Positions 25,096-37,908 of a DNA stretch of 64,000 nucleotides are shown here, in pieces. The translations under genes were made by a program, and so were the position numbers. The stretch's first letter is position 1. Each line of letters begins with the position of its first letter. Below the pieces are notes generated by a model that had not been told where the DNA came from, did no database searches, and saw only the letters and a list, made by a program, of their open reading frames with translations. This stretch comes from Mytilus edulis (Eukaryota): contig NC_092351.1 in the NCBI RefSeq assembly GCF_963676685.1, positions 63,364,001 through 63,428,000 on the forward strand, read 5' to 3'.

Positions 25096-25620
25096 GATAA
25101 GAGAAAAAAAACATTTTATTGCAGCTGATGAAATCAAGAAACGATGGAAAGATCATGAACTATTCAAAAAGTCTCTTGCACACCTTTAAAAAATTGCAAA
25201 AAACATATATATCATATATGCCAACAAATACACAAAAACAGATCTCATGCAGCAAATAGCCGAAAAGAAACTGCATTCCATCGGTAAAAGAAATATTGTA
25301 TTTCAATTTAAGAAATGGTGCAGTCGATGTAAGCGAACTTTCATACTTTTCCATATTTACGCGTCGTAGCATTCTAAAATGTCACATTTTAAATTATGGT
25401 GGTACAAAGCAGGAACTGATTGTGAGAGTTGTTCTTCTTCGACATACAAGACAATATTTGATTTTGGAATCAATAATAAGCAAATTTTCCCGAGGAGCAG
25501 AAATGACTGTTAGTATCATAATTTGGCAGAGAAGACATCATAACAGAATAACCCCTATCTACCGTCCAAAACAGTTTTCTAGTATCAAAAACAGACCGAC
25601 AAGTAAAAGGATTTAATTTA
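24400..25620 (+). pseudogene. Heavily decayed transposase-like gene (possibly Zator-related) with SAP-like segment
   Basis: LIFVVDNG then, after a frameshift, SEAPANSVVRMLLVR; later LKCHILNYGGTKQELIVRVVLLR (SAP-like). Many disruptions. Confidence 0.25.
25062..25094 (+). repeat. G33 homopolymer
   Basis: Direct reading. Confidence 0.95.
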
Positions 25621-26275
25621 TTAACTTTTAGATCAATGGAAAAGGGTGTTTGGCTCTAGTATGGTTTACTTGTATGCATAACTTCTATGTTCTAAGTTAC
25701 AAAGTATACCAAATACAAATGTATCTAACAAAATTTGTACCTTTTGTTGCTGACTTAATTAATATATTTGTACAAAAATATGTCATTAAAACAAAATACT
25801 TTTAGTACGTTTAAAATTTGAAACTTATTAGGATTTATACAATTTGGTTAATATTTGATATTATTGTAAATGCAGTAGTTATGACGTACCTATTGTTAAC
25901 AAAAGATGCCATCACCCAGCAGAGTACAACAACTACAGTTTTGATGACTCGGGCATATAAATGAAAAATTAGGCGAATTAAGCACTAAAAAAAATATAGG
26001 TTCTTTTGACAACTCTCAGTTACAACTCAAATGACACTTAAGAAACGAATGAAATTTTCGACAAATACTATACTAGGGAATTGCCAATTGAGCTTCGATG
26101 ACACATGTGAACGATGCATAGGAAGTTTTAGCAGGTCGAACGATGTTGAACTGCATACTATTCAAAACGATTTATTGAAGGGCTTAACACCTTTGTTAAT
26201 AATTGCTAACTTTCTCACTTAATTGTATGCTGTATCGATATGTGTAAGGCACATAACGATACATGTGTGCGAAGA

Positions 26276-26360
26276 GGCTATAGTTGTTAATGTCTGTGTT
26301 ATTTTGGTCTCTTGTGGACAGTTGTCTCTTTGGCAATCATACACATCTTCTTTTTTATAT
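26276..26360 (+). repeat. Family B 3'-end fragment
   Basis: Matches 2032-2113. Confidence 0.65.
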
Positions 26361-27539
26361 TTACCAGTCAAAAAAGATTTATATTAGTTATATAATCTAG
26401 ATAATAAATTACAGGTCATATAAAGAAATAAAGGAATCAATTGATCTGGTAGTCTTATATAACCATGCTAATCACACTAATAATCAACATATAGTCGGAA
26501 AGCACCAATAGAGCTGTACTATGATTGGCAATTTATGTATTCACAACAGTATAATACGTATCATAGGTAATATAACGATTATTATTACACTGGTAAAATA
26601 ATGTATATGTCTATTGTTTAATTATTATATGTACATGTCAATTAAGAAATAGTACTCCATGATTTTTTTAAACAGATTGTAAAAGAATTCGAAATGATGA
26701 AACCCGACCTAAAGAAGGATGTACTCCTAGATAGATGTTCTGGCATTTCATGTTTTAGGGTAATGATCAGGTACATACACATTTATGTTTATACACAGCT
26801 ATTTTTTTTAATTCATGTCAGTCTTGATAGTGTTTGTATTAGAATTGAATTGTTCTTATATTCCTAGCAAAATCTAACATTGTCTTTGGTACATTTAGTA
26901 AAGGCTAAACCAGATCTGAACAACTTTCAGTATAAATGTATATTTTTAAGTTTCATTTAAGGGTATCTTTGAATATCTATTGGAAATTTTTACCTTACAA
27001 ATAAGATGATTTTTCAGAATTTTTTTATGATACTTCTAAATATTGCAAATAAAAACAAAACCATTTCGTCATTTTATCTGTAATATCATGTATACAGTGA
27101 AAAGGGGGAGTGGTCAGCAATAAAACCATAATAAGTATATTGCGTTATAGTTTTCTTAAAAGACTAAATTTCAGTTTTGTGTATGCATTTTTTATAAGAC
27201 AGTGACAATGAGGAAAACCTGAACACAGATCAGGAACTGATTAAGATTGTTGATCAAATTGAGGCAAAGATAAAATTTAAAACATCAAAGAAGGAACAGA
27301 ATGATCTAATTGCAAAAGTAGATGTAAGTAAATATATATGGATATTATTAAGTAGCTTATTGGAACTAGTTGGTTAAATGTCACTGATGCTCTAGTATCC
27401 TTTGAAAAAAAATCATAAATTGCAGAATATGTCCGACTGTTAATCTTGAATAACAAATCAAAAAGTTCAAGCGGCTGGGTCAGCCAGGATTAGCGATGAG
27501 GTGTATTGTATTGAATTTGTAAGATTTTTTTTTTTAATG

Positions 27540-27774
27540 TGAACTGAATTTTAATGTGCGCATTGTTATGCGTTTACTTTTCTACATTGGCTAGAGGTAT
27601 AGGGGGAGGGTTGAGATCTCACAAACATGTTTAACCCCGCCGCATTTTTGCGCCTGTCCCAAGTCAGGAGCCTCTGGCCTTTGTTAGTCTTGTATTATTT
27701 TAATTTAGTTTCTTGTGTACAATTTGGAAATTAGTATGGCGTTCATTATCACTGAACTAGTATTTATTTGTTTA
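27540..27774 (+). repeat. Naiad 3' UTR fragment, left part (split by CACTA element)
   Basis: Reverse complement of 5838-6072. Confidence 0.9.
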
Positions 27775-28244
27775 CACTACAAACTCCTCAGAGTCTGAAT
27801 TGACCAGTTTTTGTGCTCGACCAGTAAAATCGAGCACACATTTTACTCGACTAGTCTCGACATTGTCTCGACTGTACTTAACTGTACTTAAGTGTACTCG
27901 ACTAGGTCTCGACTTTACTTAATTAGTCTGATTCAGTACTTGATGATCTTTGTGTAGTCTGAAATGGTCTTGACCAAGACTCGACCTGTCTCGACCTGTC
28001 TTGACTAGTCTCGACCTGTCTCGACTAGTCTCGACTCAGTCTCAATCAGTCTCGACCTGTCTCGACTAGTCTTGACCTTCAAATTTAGTTTTGACTGGTG
28101 TAAATCAGCCCATCTAACTAAATTAAATATTGATCTTACAAAATTCAAGCTTATAAGGTAGTTTGATTTATTGCTGTGAAATGAAAGAATTTAATTTTAC
28201 AATATGTAAAAAAAAAATTATTATTTAAAGATTCAGATAGGCAT

Positions 28245-28990
28245 CTTTAATTTTTTTTATAACTTTTTCAAACCAACTTGGATTTTCATCAAACTATGCA
28301 GCTATCTTACATATATGTCAAGCTTACTGAATCCCATTTCATTTAGTTTTTTGTTGTATTGCTGTCAAATTTAAAAATTAATTTAATCTAGGTATAAAAA
28401 GCTAGGATTTGCAATTCGGACAAAATAGAGATAGTACACTTTAATTTTTTTAATAACTTTTTCAAATCAACTTGGATTTTCATCAAACTATGCAGCTATC
28501 TTAAATGTATACTAAGCTTACTAAATCCCAGGTCATTTTGTTTTTTATTGTATTGCTGTCAAATTTAAGAATTAAATTAATCTAGGTAAAAAAATCTAGA
28601 ATTTGCAGTTCGAACAAAATAGAGATAGTACACTTTAATTTTTTTTATAACTTTTTAAATTCAACTTGGATTTTATTGAAACTATATAGCTACCTTGGTG
28701 ATGTATTCTTCTTACTGAATCCCAGGTTGTTATAAAGTTTGTTGTATTGCTGTCAAATTTAAGAATTAATTTAATCTAGGTAAAAAAAAAGCTAGGATTT
28801 GCAGTTTTGACAAAATAGAGATGGTACACTTTAATTTTTTTCATTACTTTTCCAAATCAACTTAGATTTTCATCAAACTCTACAAATATCTTTGCAATAT
28901 ATTGATCTTACTGAATCATAGGTTGTTATTTTGTTTGGTGTATTTCTGTCAAATTTAAGAATTTAATTAACCTAGGTGAAAAAGCTACGA
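28245..28990 (+). repeat. 194-bp tandem repeat, ~3.8 units (left arm)
   Basis: Unit starts at 28245, 28439, 28633 and 28829. Confidence 0.9.
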
Positions 28991-29389
28991 TATTAGAAAT
29001 ATATCTTTTCTCATAATTTGGGAAAAAGTATACATAGAATTTTTATATAATTCCTTTAATGTTTTATTCCTTTTGATATACACTATATAAATATATCAAA
29101 AAGGGATGAAACATTAGAAATTATTAAAATAGTTCTTCTGATTTGTGGTGATTTATAAAGCAATACCTTCTGCTTGGGGCAAACTTATTAAAAAGATCAC
29201 ATCTACCAGAGAGTTTTAAATTCTAAATAACATTTATTCAAAGTTGCAACATCCTGTTAAATCTAAATCGCAGGGCTTTTAATTCACTAGATAAGTAATA
29301 CACGAGTTTAAGAAAAGTAGGGCTTTCTTTTTACCTGTAAAACTCACGTGTACTGATGTAATTAAATCATGTATAGTGTCATGTCATTA

Positions 29390-30684
29390 AATTTGACAAA
29401 AAAATATTTTAAAACTTCATAACAACCTGGGATTTAGTAAGATCACCAAGGTAGCTATATAGTTTTAATAAAATCCAAGTTGATTTGAAAAAGTTATTAA
29501 AAAAATTAAAGTGTACTATCTCTATTTTGTTCGAACTGCAAATTCTAGCTTTTTTGACCTAGATTAATTTAATTCTTAAATTTGACAGCAATACAACAAA
29601 AAACAAAATGACCTGGGATTTAGTAAGCATAGTATACATCTAAGATAGCTTCATAGTTTGATGCAAATCCAAGTTGATTTGAAAAAGTTATAAAAAAAAT
29701 TAAAGTGTACTATCTCTATTTTGTTCGAACTGCAAATTCTAGCTTTTTTTGACCTAGATTAATTTAATTCTTAAATTTGACAGCAATACAACAAAAAACA
29801 AAATGACCTGGGATTTAGTAAGCTTAGTATACATCTAAGATAGCTGCATAGTTTGATGCAAATCCAAGTTGATTTGAAAAAGTTATTAAAAAAATTAAAG
29901 TGTACTATCTCTATTTTGTCCGAATTGCAAATCCTAGCTTTTTGTACCAAGATTACTTTAATTCTTAAATTTTACAGCAATACAACAAAAAACTAAATGA
30001 AATGGGATTCAGTAAGCTTGATATATATGTAAGATAGCTGCATAGTTTGATGAAAATCCAAGTTGATTTGAAAAAGTTATTAAAAAAATTAAAGTGTACT
30101 ACAAATGTATCTCTATTTTGTCTGAATTGCAAATTCTAGCTTTTTATACCAAGATTACTTTAATTCTTAAATTTTACAGCAATACAACAAAAAACTAAAT
30201 GAAATGGGATTCAGTAAGCTTGATATATATGTAAGATAGCTGCATAGTTTGATGCAAATCCAAGTTGGTTTGAAAAAGTTATTAAAAAAATTAAAGTGTA
30301 CTATCTCTATTTTGTCCGAATTGCAAATCCTAGCTTTTTGTACCAAGATTACTTTAATTCTTAAATTTTACAGCAATACAACAAAAAACTAAATGAAATG
30401 GGATTCAGTAAGCTTGATATATATGTAAGATAGCTGCATAGTTTGATGAAAATCCAAGTTGATTTGAAAAAGTTATTAAAAAAATTAAAGTGTACTATCT
30501 CTATTTTGTCCGAATTGCAAATCTTAGCTTTTTGTACCAAGAATACTTTAATTCTTAAATTTTACAGCAATACAACAAAAAACTAAATGAAATGGGATTC
30601 AGTAAGCTTGATATATATGTAAGATAGCTGCATAGTTTGATGAAAATTTAAGTTGGTTTGAAAAAGTTATAAAAAAAATTAAAG
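29390..30684 (-). repeat. 194-bp tandem repeat, ~6.5 units (right arm, inverted)
   Basis: Anchor gtgtacta at 29511, 29705, 29900, 30094, 30296 and 30490; one unit carries an 8-bp insertion. Confidence 0.9.
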
Positions 30685-31143
30685 ATGCCTATCTGAATCT
30701 TTATATAATAATTTTTTTTTACACATTGTAAAATTAAATTCTTTCATTTCACAGCAATAAATCAAACTACCTAATAAGCTTGAATTTTGTAAGATCAATA
30801 TTTAATTTAGTTAGATGGGCTGATTTACACCAGTCAAAACTAAATTTGAAGGTCAAGACTAGTCGAGACAGGTCGAGACTGATTGAGACTGAGTCGAGAC
30901 TAGTCGAGACAGGTCGAGACTAGTCAAGACAGGTCGAGACAGGTCGAGTCTTGGTCAAGACCATTTCAGACTACACAAAGATCATCAAGTACTGAATCAG
31001 ACTAATTAAGTAAAGTCGAGACCTAGTCGAGTACACTTAAGTACAGTCGAGACAATGTCGAGACTAGTCGAGTAAAATGTGTGCTCGATTTTACTGGTCG
31101 AGCAAAAAAACTGGTCAATTCAGACTCTGAGGAGTTTGTAGTG

Positions 31144-31285
31144 TTAGAGGCCAGTTGAAGGACGCTCCAGGTGTGGGAATTTCTCGCTACATTGCAGACC
31201 TGTTGGTGACCTTCTGCTGTTGTTTTTTTTCTATGGTTTGGTTGTTGTCTCTTCGGCACATTCCCCATTTCCATTCTCAATTTTT
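31144..31285 (+). repeat. Naiad 3' UTR fragment, right part
   Basis: Reverse complement of 5697-5840; directly continues 27774. Confidence 0.9.
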
Positions 31286-33003
31286 TCAACACTGAACACA
31301 GGCTCATACCAAAAAGCTAGCCACAACGGGCCCCAAAACGACCAGAGCAAAACAACAGGAAATTTTATTTCGTTCTAGCAATTTGAATCTAATTTTATTG
31401 ATAAATACCTTGGCAAATGAAAATAAGAATGTTTTTTTTTATTATTAGATCTACTGTTGGACATGTTGGAAGAGGAGGAAAAAGGAGGGGTACAAGAGGC
31501 ACAAAGGGAAGAGGGAGAAAGAGAAAGCAAGAGAGCTAAAAATACTGTCAACACTAATATATTTTATATACTTAATTTGAAAGCTTTTCATTTGAACAAC
31601 TGAAAATTGAGAGAAAACTTGAAAACACCAAATAGAAAATTAAGAATGTTAATTCCTTTTTAAATGACTTGTCATAGCACTGGTACATATTGCCTGAAGA
31701 CATGAAAGATAGATACAGTAATTGAAAATTTGGCTGGAAAACATTCTTTTATTTTTGATAGTTTCACCATTTGCAAGTGTCATTTCTCAAGAACTATTAA
31801 TATTATATATATATAACTCAAAAGTTCCTTTTTACATTTGCTTTTTTTTCAGCAGTTCTGACTCGGATAAAGAGGAGAGTGATGATGACAATAAAGAAGA
31901 AGTAAGGTAATGACAGAGTTACACTACTGCTATAACGAATGTTTTAACTAGATTATGGAAAAGGCAACTCCTCTCCTAAATCATGTATGTGGTTGGCACT
32001 TTCATTGAACAAAAATATCATCTGGTCAATGTTTTTAAATTTGGTACATTTGAATATAAATAAGATGTGATATGAGAGCCAATGAGGCAACTCTCTTTTC
32101 AAGACACAAGTACATGTATTTTCAATTAGCAGTTATACCCAAAGTACAGTCTTCAACACTGAACACAGGCTCACACCAAATAGCTAGCTACAAAGAGAGA
32201 TTTTGTTAAAATTTTAAGTATTCAATGGTTACAAAGATTACTTTTTTAAAGGGCACTAGCTGTCAAATTCATGTTCATCCATTCAACTCAAACATTCGTA
32301 CTATATTTAGTAAATATACTAAAAGGTTTTTCCAAATTACAAAAAGTCTACAAGAAAGTATTACAAAGCACATAGGCATAGAAATACATCAAGATTCTGC
32401 CTGCATTTAAGACCAGACACCATGTTATTATATTTCTGAAAATATTCGATGGTCATATGGCCTGACATAAGCATATATATACACGTGCAAGTACGAGCAA
32501 TGGTAAATAATACATGAAGCCTAGATTTTCAAATATTCTTATATGAGTTAATTATTAATGTGATGCATTTGTAAAATATTTGTTGCAGTTACATACATAA
32601 CATATTAGTTGTGAAATTCAAATATAAACAGTACATCATATAATAAGAATGGATAATGTAATTTTGATATACTTATATCTTATACTCTTACAGAAGTGAA
32701 GACAGTCATGATGAAGACTTCAATGACTTAAGTCCTCTTCTTTCACTAGACTCATCTTTGTTAAGGTAAGCATATAAAAATTAGGACTATTGTGAAAGAA
32801 CTTTTGTTCTTGGTGTTCAAATGTTTGGTTTTTTATAGTTTGATCAAATCACAAATTCAAGTTTATAAGTAGGTTTCCAAAATTTGAAACCCCAGGAACT
32901 AACGTAATTTGAGTAAACCATGGAAATTGATACACACAGAGAAAAGTACCTTTTGAAATGATTGAGGGTCACCAATGTTGATAAAATTGCTTAAACTATT
33001 TAA

Positions 33004-35652
33004 ACCGTCGTGCCTATTCCAAAACCAAGTAAAGATCATACGGATCCTATTAATTATCGACCAATTGCTCTTACCAGTTGTGTCTGTAAAACACTCGAAC
33101 CGATGGTCAATGATCGCCTTGTTTGGTTCTTGGAATCCAATGGGCTTTTAGCCAATATCCAGTGTGGATTTTGACAAGGACGAAGTACTCTTGATCATCT
33201 TGTTCGATTCGAATCATTTGTCCGTAATGGTTTTGCGAGAAAAAAAACATGTGGTGTCGGTCTTTTTCGACCTTGAGAAGGCCTATGATACTGCATGGAA
33301 ATATGGTATTTTTAAAGATCTATTTGATATTGGGTTAAAAGGCAACATGCCTAATTTTATTTCTAATTTTCTCACTAACAGACAATTTAATGTTAGAGTT
33401 AATTCGACCATGTCTGATCTGTATGATCAAGAGATGGGTGTCCCTCAGGGCAGTATTTTATCTGTGACATTATTTAGTCTTAAAATCAACAGCCTTGTTA
33501 AAGTTTTAAAAAGTAATATTGAAGGTTCATTGTACGTTGATGATTTTTTAATATGTTTCAGAGGTAAAAATATGAACAACATAGAAAGACAATAACAACT
33601 ATGTCTTGGAAGAATTGAAAAATGGGCCTCGGAAAATGGTTTTAAATTTTCCACGTCTAAAACGGTCGGGATTCATTTTTGTAACAAAAGGAAATTGCAT
33701 CTTGATCCAGAACTCACTTTGTACGGCAACCCAATTAAAATGGTTGATGAAACCAAATTTCTTGGGATAATTTTCGTTAAAAAGTTAACCTTTCTACCCC
33801 ATATCAAAATGTTAAAATCGAGATGTTTAAAAGCTTTTATAGATATTTTAAAAGTTGTCGGCAGCACTGACTGGGGTGCTGATCGCAACATTTTACTTAA
33901 TTTATATAGATCTCTAGTTAGATCTAAACTAGATTATGGCTCTATAGTGTATGGCTCTGTAAGGAAGTCCTACATACAGATTCTCGATGCTGTGCATCAC
34001 CAAGGTTTGCGTCTCTGTCTTGGCGCATTCAAAACCTCACCAGTTGAGAGTCTGTATGTAGAGGCTGATGAGCACTCACTCTCTGACAGACGTTTGAAGC
34101 TTGGACTTCAATATGCTGTCAAACTAAAAGCCTATTCAGATAATCCTGCCTACAGTTGTGTTTTTAATCCGATTTATGAAGATATTTTTGCAAAACATGA
34201 AAATAAAATTCCTCCGTTAGGTATACGTTTAAAACCACATTTAGCTTCTTTTGATTTAAAATCTGTTGCTCAAGTTAAAATTTGCAAATGTCCTCCATGG
34301 GAACTTCCCAAACCAAAAATGATATTTGATCTCCGTGAACACAATAAAAATAAAACAAATCCTCTTTTAATTCAGCAACACTATGCTGAAATTAAAGCCA
34401 ATTATCCAGATTTTTCAACTGTCTATACTGATGGATCAAAAGATGGCGACAGAGTTGCATCTGCTGCTGTCTTCAGGGACAGAGCTGCAACTCTCCGTTT
34501 GCCATCTGATGCATCCATCTTTACTGCTGAAGCAGAAGCAATAATTTTAGCTTTGAAATTTATTGCTTCTTCAGATAAATCCAAATTTATTATATGTTCG
34601 GATTCACTTTCATGCTTACAAGCTATACGAAATACTAAAATTAAAAACCCAACAATTCTCAAAATTTTATATGTAATGAGGAATTTAAAAATTCTTATGA
34701 AAGACATAATATTTCTATGGGTTCCGAGTCATGTTGGAATCCTTGGAAACACGGCTGTAGACCTTGAGGCAAAGAATGCCCTGGGTGACCCTCTATCTAA
34801 CTGTGATATACCATATACTGATTTTAAATATAATATTATAGAATATGTTTTTGATATATTGAAAAATAAATGGAGTAAAAAAGATGATAATAAATTGCAT
34901 GAAATTAAACCTTATTTAGGCAAACCTTTTAATAATATTATGTGCAGAAAAGATCAGTGTGTTATTACTAGATGTCGTATTGGTAATTCTAGAGTAACAC
35001 ACGAGTATCTTTTATTGATTGATTGATTGTTGGTTGCTTAACGTCCAGTGGCAAATATTTCATGCATATTCAGGACGAGAACAAGTTCACAATAAATACA
35101 ATAGGTAGGTTGTTGTAATAGAGGCCATCTAGGATGATAGTCGGGGAAATTTGGACTGCCACTGGAAAATGAGGGTATATTCGATAGGGACAGAAATTTT
35201 GCCTTGCAACAGGCCACCTACGGACCCCTCAAAGAGTTGGTGCAAGGGTTCTTAACGTGCAAAGAGCGTGGCACTCTCTTTACACGAGGCATCGGATTTA
35301 ACGTCCCCTTCTGGCGGACGTGACTGCGAACTTGATACATCCCGCACAGCCAAATGGACGCCCCACTTCGGCAAGCGTTTTACTGCCGGTCGGGAGAAGA
35401 CCAAGTGACCATATTTCTATTCCCCAGTCACCCTTGGGGATTGAGTATCTTTTAAAAAATGAAGATGAACCACAATGTGTTCCTTGCAACTGCAAGTATA
35501 CTATTAAACATGTTTTAATTAATTGTATTGACTTTGCTGACATTCGTAAGAATCATTTCAATGTCAATAATATGTATGATTTATTCAATAATGTTCCATT
35601 TACAAATATTGTTGCATTTTTAAAAGAAATTGGAATTTATTATAGAATATAA
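33004..35652 (+). pseudogene. LINE ORF2: RT, RNase H, zinc knuckle
   Basis: NYRPIALTS, FFDLEKAYD, GVPQGSILS, LYVDD, KFLG; RNase H YTDGSK, SDSLS, WVPSHVGI. After SINE removal: HEYLLKNEDEPQCVPCNCKYTIKHVLINC. Stops at 33172 and 33593; frameshift near 33240. Confidence 0.92.
35015..35442 (-). mobile_element. SINE family S1, copy 5, inserted in LINE ORF2
   Basis: 12-bp TSD gagtatctttta at 35003-35014 and 35443-35454. Confidence 0.93.
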
Positions 35653-36162
35653 AAATGTTATATTTAAATCGTTTTTAAATTTTTATCACGTTATTTTACT
35701 GTTGATTTTTATTTGTATATAATCAATTTGCTTTAGTCAAGAATTTTAGTATATTGAAGGACTTTTTGTCTTATTTTAAAAATATGCTTTAAATTGTAAC
35801 AAATTTCGAATTAGCTCTCGCCGCGATATAGCCTTTTTGTGCTAATGCGGCGTAAAGCAACCAACAATCAACTATTTATATGAGAAGCCATTGGTTTCTT
35901 TTCAGCCTTCAACATTTGAGAAAAAGCCATACCAAAATAAAATATTATAGCTATAGCAGGACCTTGAAAACATGAAACTATAGAAACATATACAACTGTC
36001 TTGACCCCCCCCCCCCCAAAAAAAACTAATAAAAAAGCATTGAATTTAATGTCACATTTAACATGGTTAACATTTAACAGTTGTCATGGTTGTTATAAAT
36101 TAATTTTCATTTTTTTTCAGTGAGGCAACAATTCTGATGAAAGAATACAGTTTTAATCTAGA

Positions 36163-36570
36163 TTGATTGATTCTTGGTTGCTTAACATCCAGTGGCAAAT
36201 ATTTCATGCATATTCAGGACGAGAACAAGTTCACAATAAATACAATAGGTAGGCTGGTACAATAGAGACCATCTGGGATGATGGTCGGGGAAATTTGGAC
36301 TGCCACTGGAAAATGAGGGTATATTGGATAGGGACAGACATTTTGCCTTGCAGCAGGCCACCTACGGACCCCTCAAATAGTTGTTGCAAGGGTTCTTAAC
36401 GTCAAAGAGCGTTGCACTCTCTTTACACGAGACATCGGATTTAACGTCCACCTTCTGACCGGACGTAACTGCGAACTTGATACATCCCGCACAGCCAAAC
36501 GGACGCCCCACTTCGGCAAGCGTTTTACTGCCGGTCGGGAGAAGACCAAGTGACCATATTTCTATTCCCC
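36163..36570 (-). mobile_element. SINE family S1, copy 6 (first ~15 nt missing)
   Basis: Flanked by a 35-bp direct repeat (36128-36162 / 36571-36605, 3 mismatches). Confidence 0.9.
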
Positions 36571-36700
36571 ACAATGCTGATAAAAAAATACAGTTTTAAT
36601 CTAGAAGAAGATCAGGTAACATGTTTAATAAATAACTGTATAAAATAATATGTATATATTTCAAATCAGTACATTCTCTTAAATTACAAGAAGTATATAT

Positions 36701-36808
36701 TAGGATGGTATTAAATACTTCAGAAGATAATTATTTGTTACACTTGAATACGGATTGTAGACGCTACTCGACTCTAATGTCCATCTACATGCGTGTTACT
36801 TAATTTCA
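36701..36808 (+). repeat. ~108-bp dispersed repeat, copy 1
   Basis: Direct copy at 48317-48425 (taggatggtattaaa...gtgttacttaatttca). Confidence 0.8.
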
Positions 36809-37908
36809 TTTTTCAACGACTGACTTTCACGTAAGTAGAACGTGAAATATTTCTCATGAATTACGCGTATAATCTCGAGTAACTTAAAATTCCCGTGAAC
36901 AAATGCATCTGTGTGCCGCAATTGCACATAATTTCGTATAAAACATATACATGTACGGGTATTCTATATTGTAAACAAAGCAATAAAAAGTCCTGAAAAA
37001 TTACTAATGAACAGACAGAGAGGTTTGCACCATTCACATAACCAATAAAAGATAGGAGCTAGAGGTTATATGTTCCATGTTCATTAAGACAGTAGACATA
37101 ACGTAAACAGCCTGTTCCAGCAAATGTTACCCCCTTAAGGTGAAGCTACTGAGGAAAAGATTCGCTGTCGTTTTATCTAATCAATCAGGTGACGATACTT
37201 TGAGTTATGATCTTCGCAATCCAGCCTTGTCCTATTAGAGGCCTTACGCATTTCAATTTACGCAAAGACCTTCTATCTCATCACCTTTAGTATATGTCGA
37301 GGATGTTAGCTTCACTGGGCGAAGAAAATCGACAAAAAGGGTAAACTAAACATTCTAAAGAAACACGAGACAAGAAAAACAATAAAAAGGGAAATCAACA
37401 AGAGAACTGATCAAGGAAAATGAAGATGAAGAACGAAGTTCTGAAATACTTGGTTAAAACAAACAAATCAAAGTATCATGGAAATTGTGATTTAGCCAAT
37501 TTTGTAGCTAGTCGGACATTTTTTCTGGCCACACTTTCAGTATTTGTTTTGTTATTTTAATTTTCGTAATCTCATTGTAAAATTCGATAATTATTTTGGT
37601 ATTCCAATTGATGTAAAAATTCAAATGTAAAATGATATTATGCTATTGACAATTTGAATAATTGATGTTTTATATAAACAATTATATTGCTGGGTAATCA
37701 GATCATTACAACCGCTATTCAATTTCTTTGGTCAGTACTGTCTGTTAAGGAGATGTTTATATATGGTGAGAAACTGGTTACTTTTTCAATTGAAGTGCAA
37801 TCGTCTCTGATTTTGGACTATGTATGATGAACGATATGCATTATTATTTGCCTAATGCCTCCGAAAACCTTGTGTTAAGTAGACATGATTAATTCTTATT
37901 TGTTCCCA

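Larger units (their letters stand above)
27775..31143. mobile_element. Non-autonomous CACTA (CMC/EnSpm) foldback element
   Basis: Termini CACTACAAA...TTTGTAGTG; 3-bp TSD TTA (27772-27774, 31144-31146); ~10-bp subterminal repeats (ctcgactagt/ctcgacctgt); arms inverted over more than 1.2 kb. Confidence 0.9.
33003..35869 (+). mobile_element. 5'-truncated LINE, I/Nimb-like (RT + RNase H + CCHC)
   Basis: 9-bp TSD aactattta (32994-33002, 35870-35878); 3' stem-loop cgccgc...gcggcg then taaagcaaccaacaatca; interrupted by SINE copy 5. Confidence 0.92.
27203..36615 (+). pseudogene. Multi-exon gene of short acidic/charged exons, last visible exon disrupted by a SINE
   Basis: Exon candidates at 27203-27323, 31449 onward (donor unclear), 31853-31906, 32694-32765 and 36121-36162 + 36606-36615. 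All follow an AG acceptor, enter in phase 2 and are open in that phase. Confidence 0.5.

Noticed and set aside
27840-28080. CRISPR-like or coding repeat array
   Set aside because: 10-bp subterminal repeats without unique spacers, inside a CACTA element.
32245-32440. Kolobok-like terminus ttaaagggcactagc
   Set aside because: No matching opposite end or TSD found in the window.
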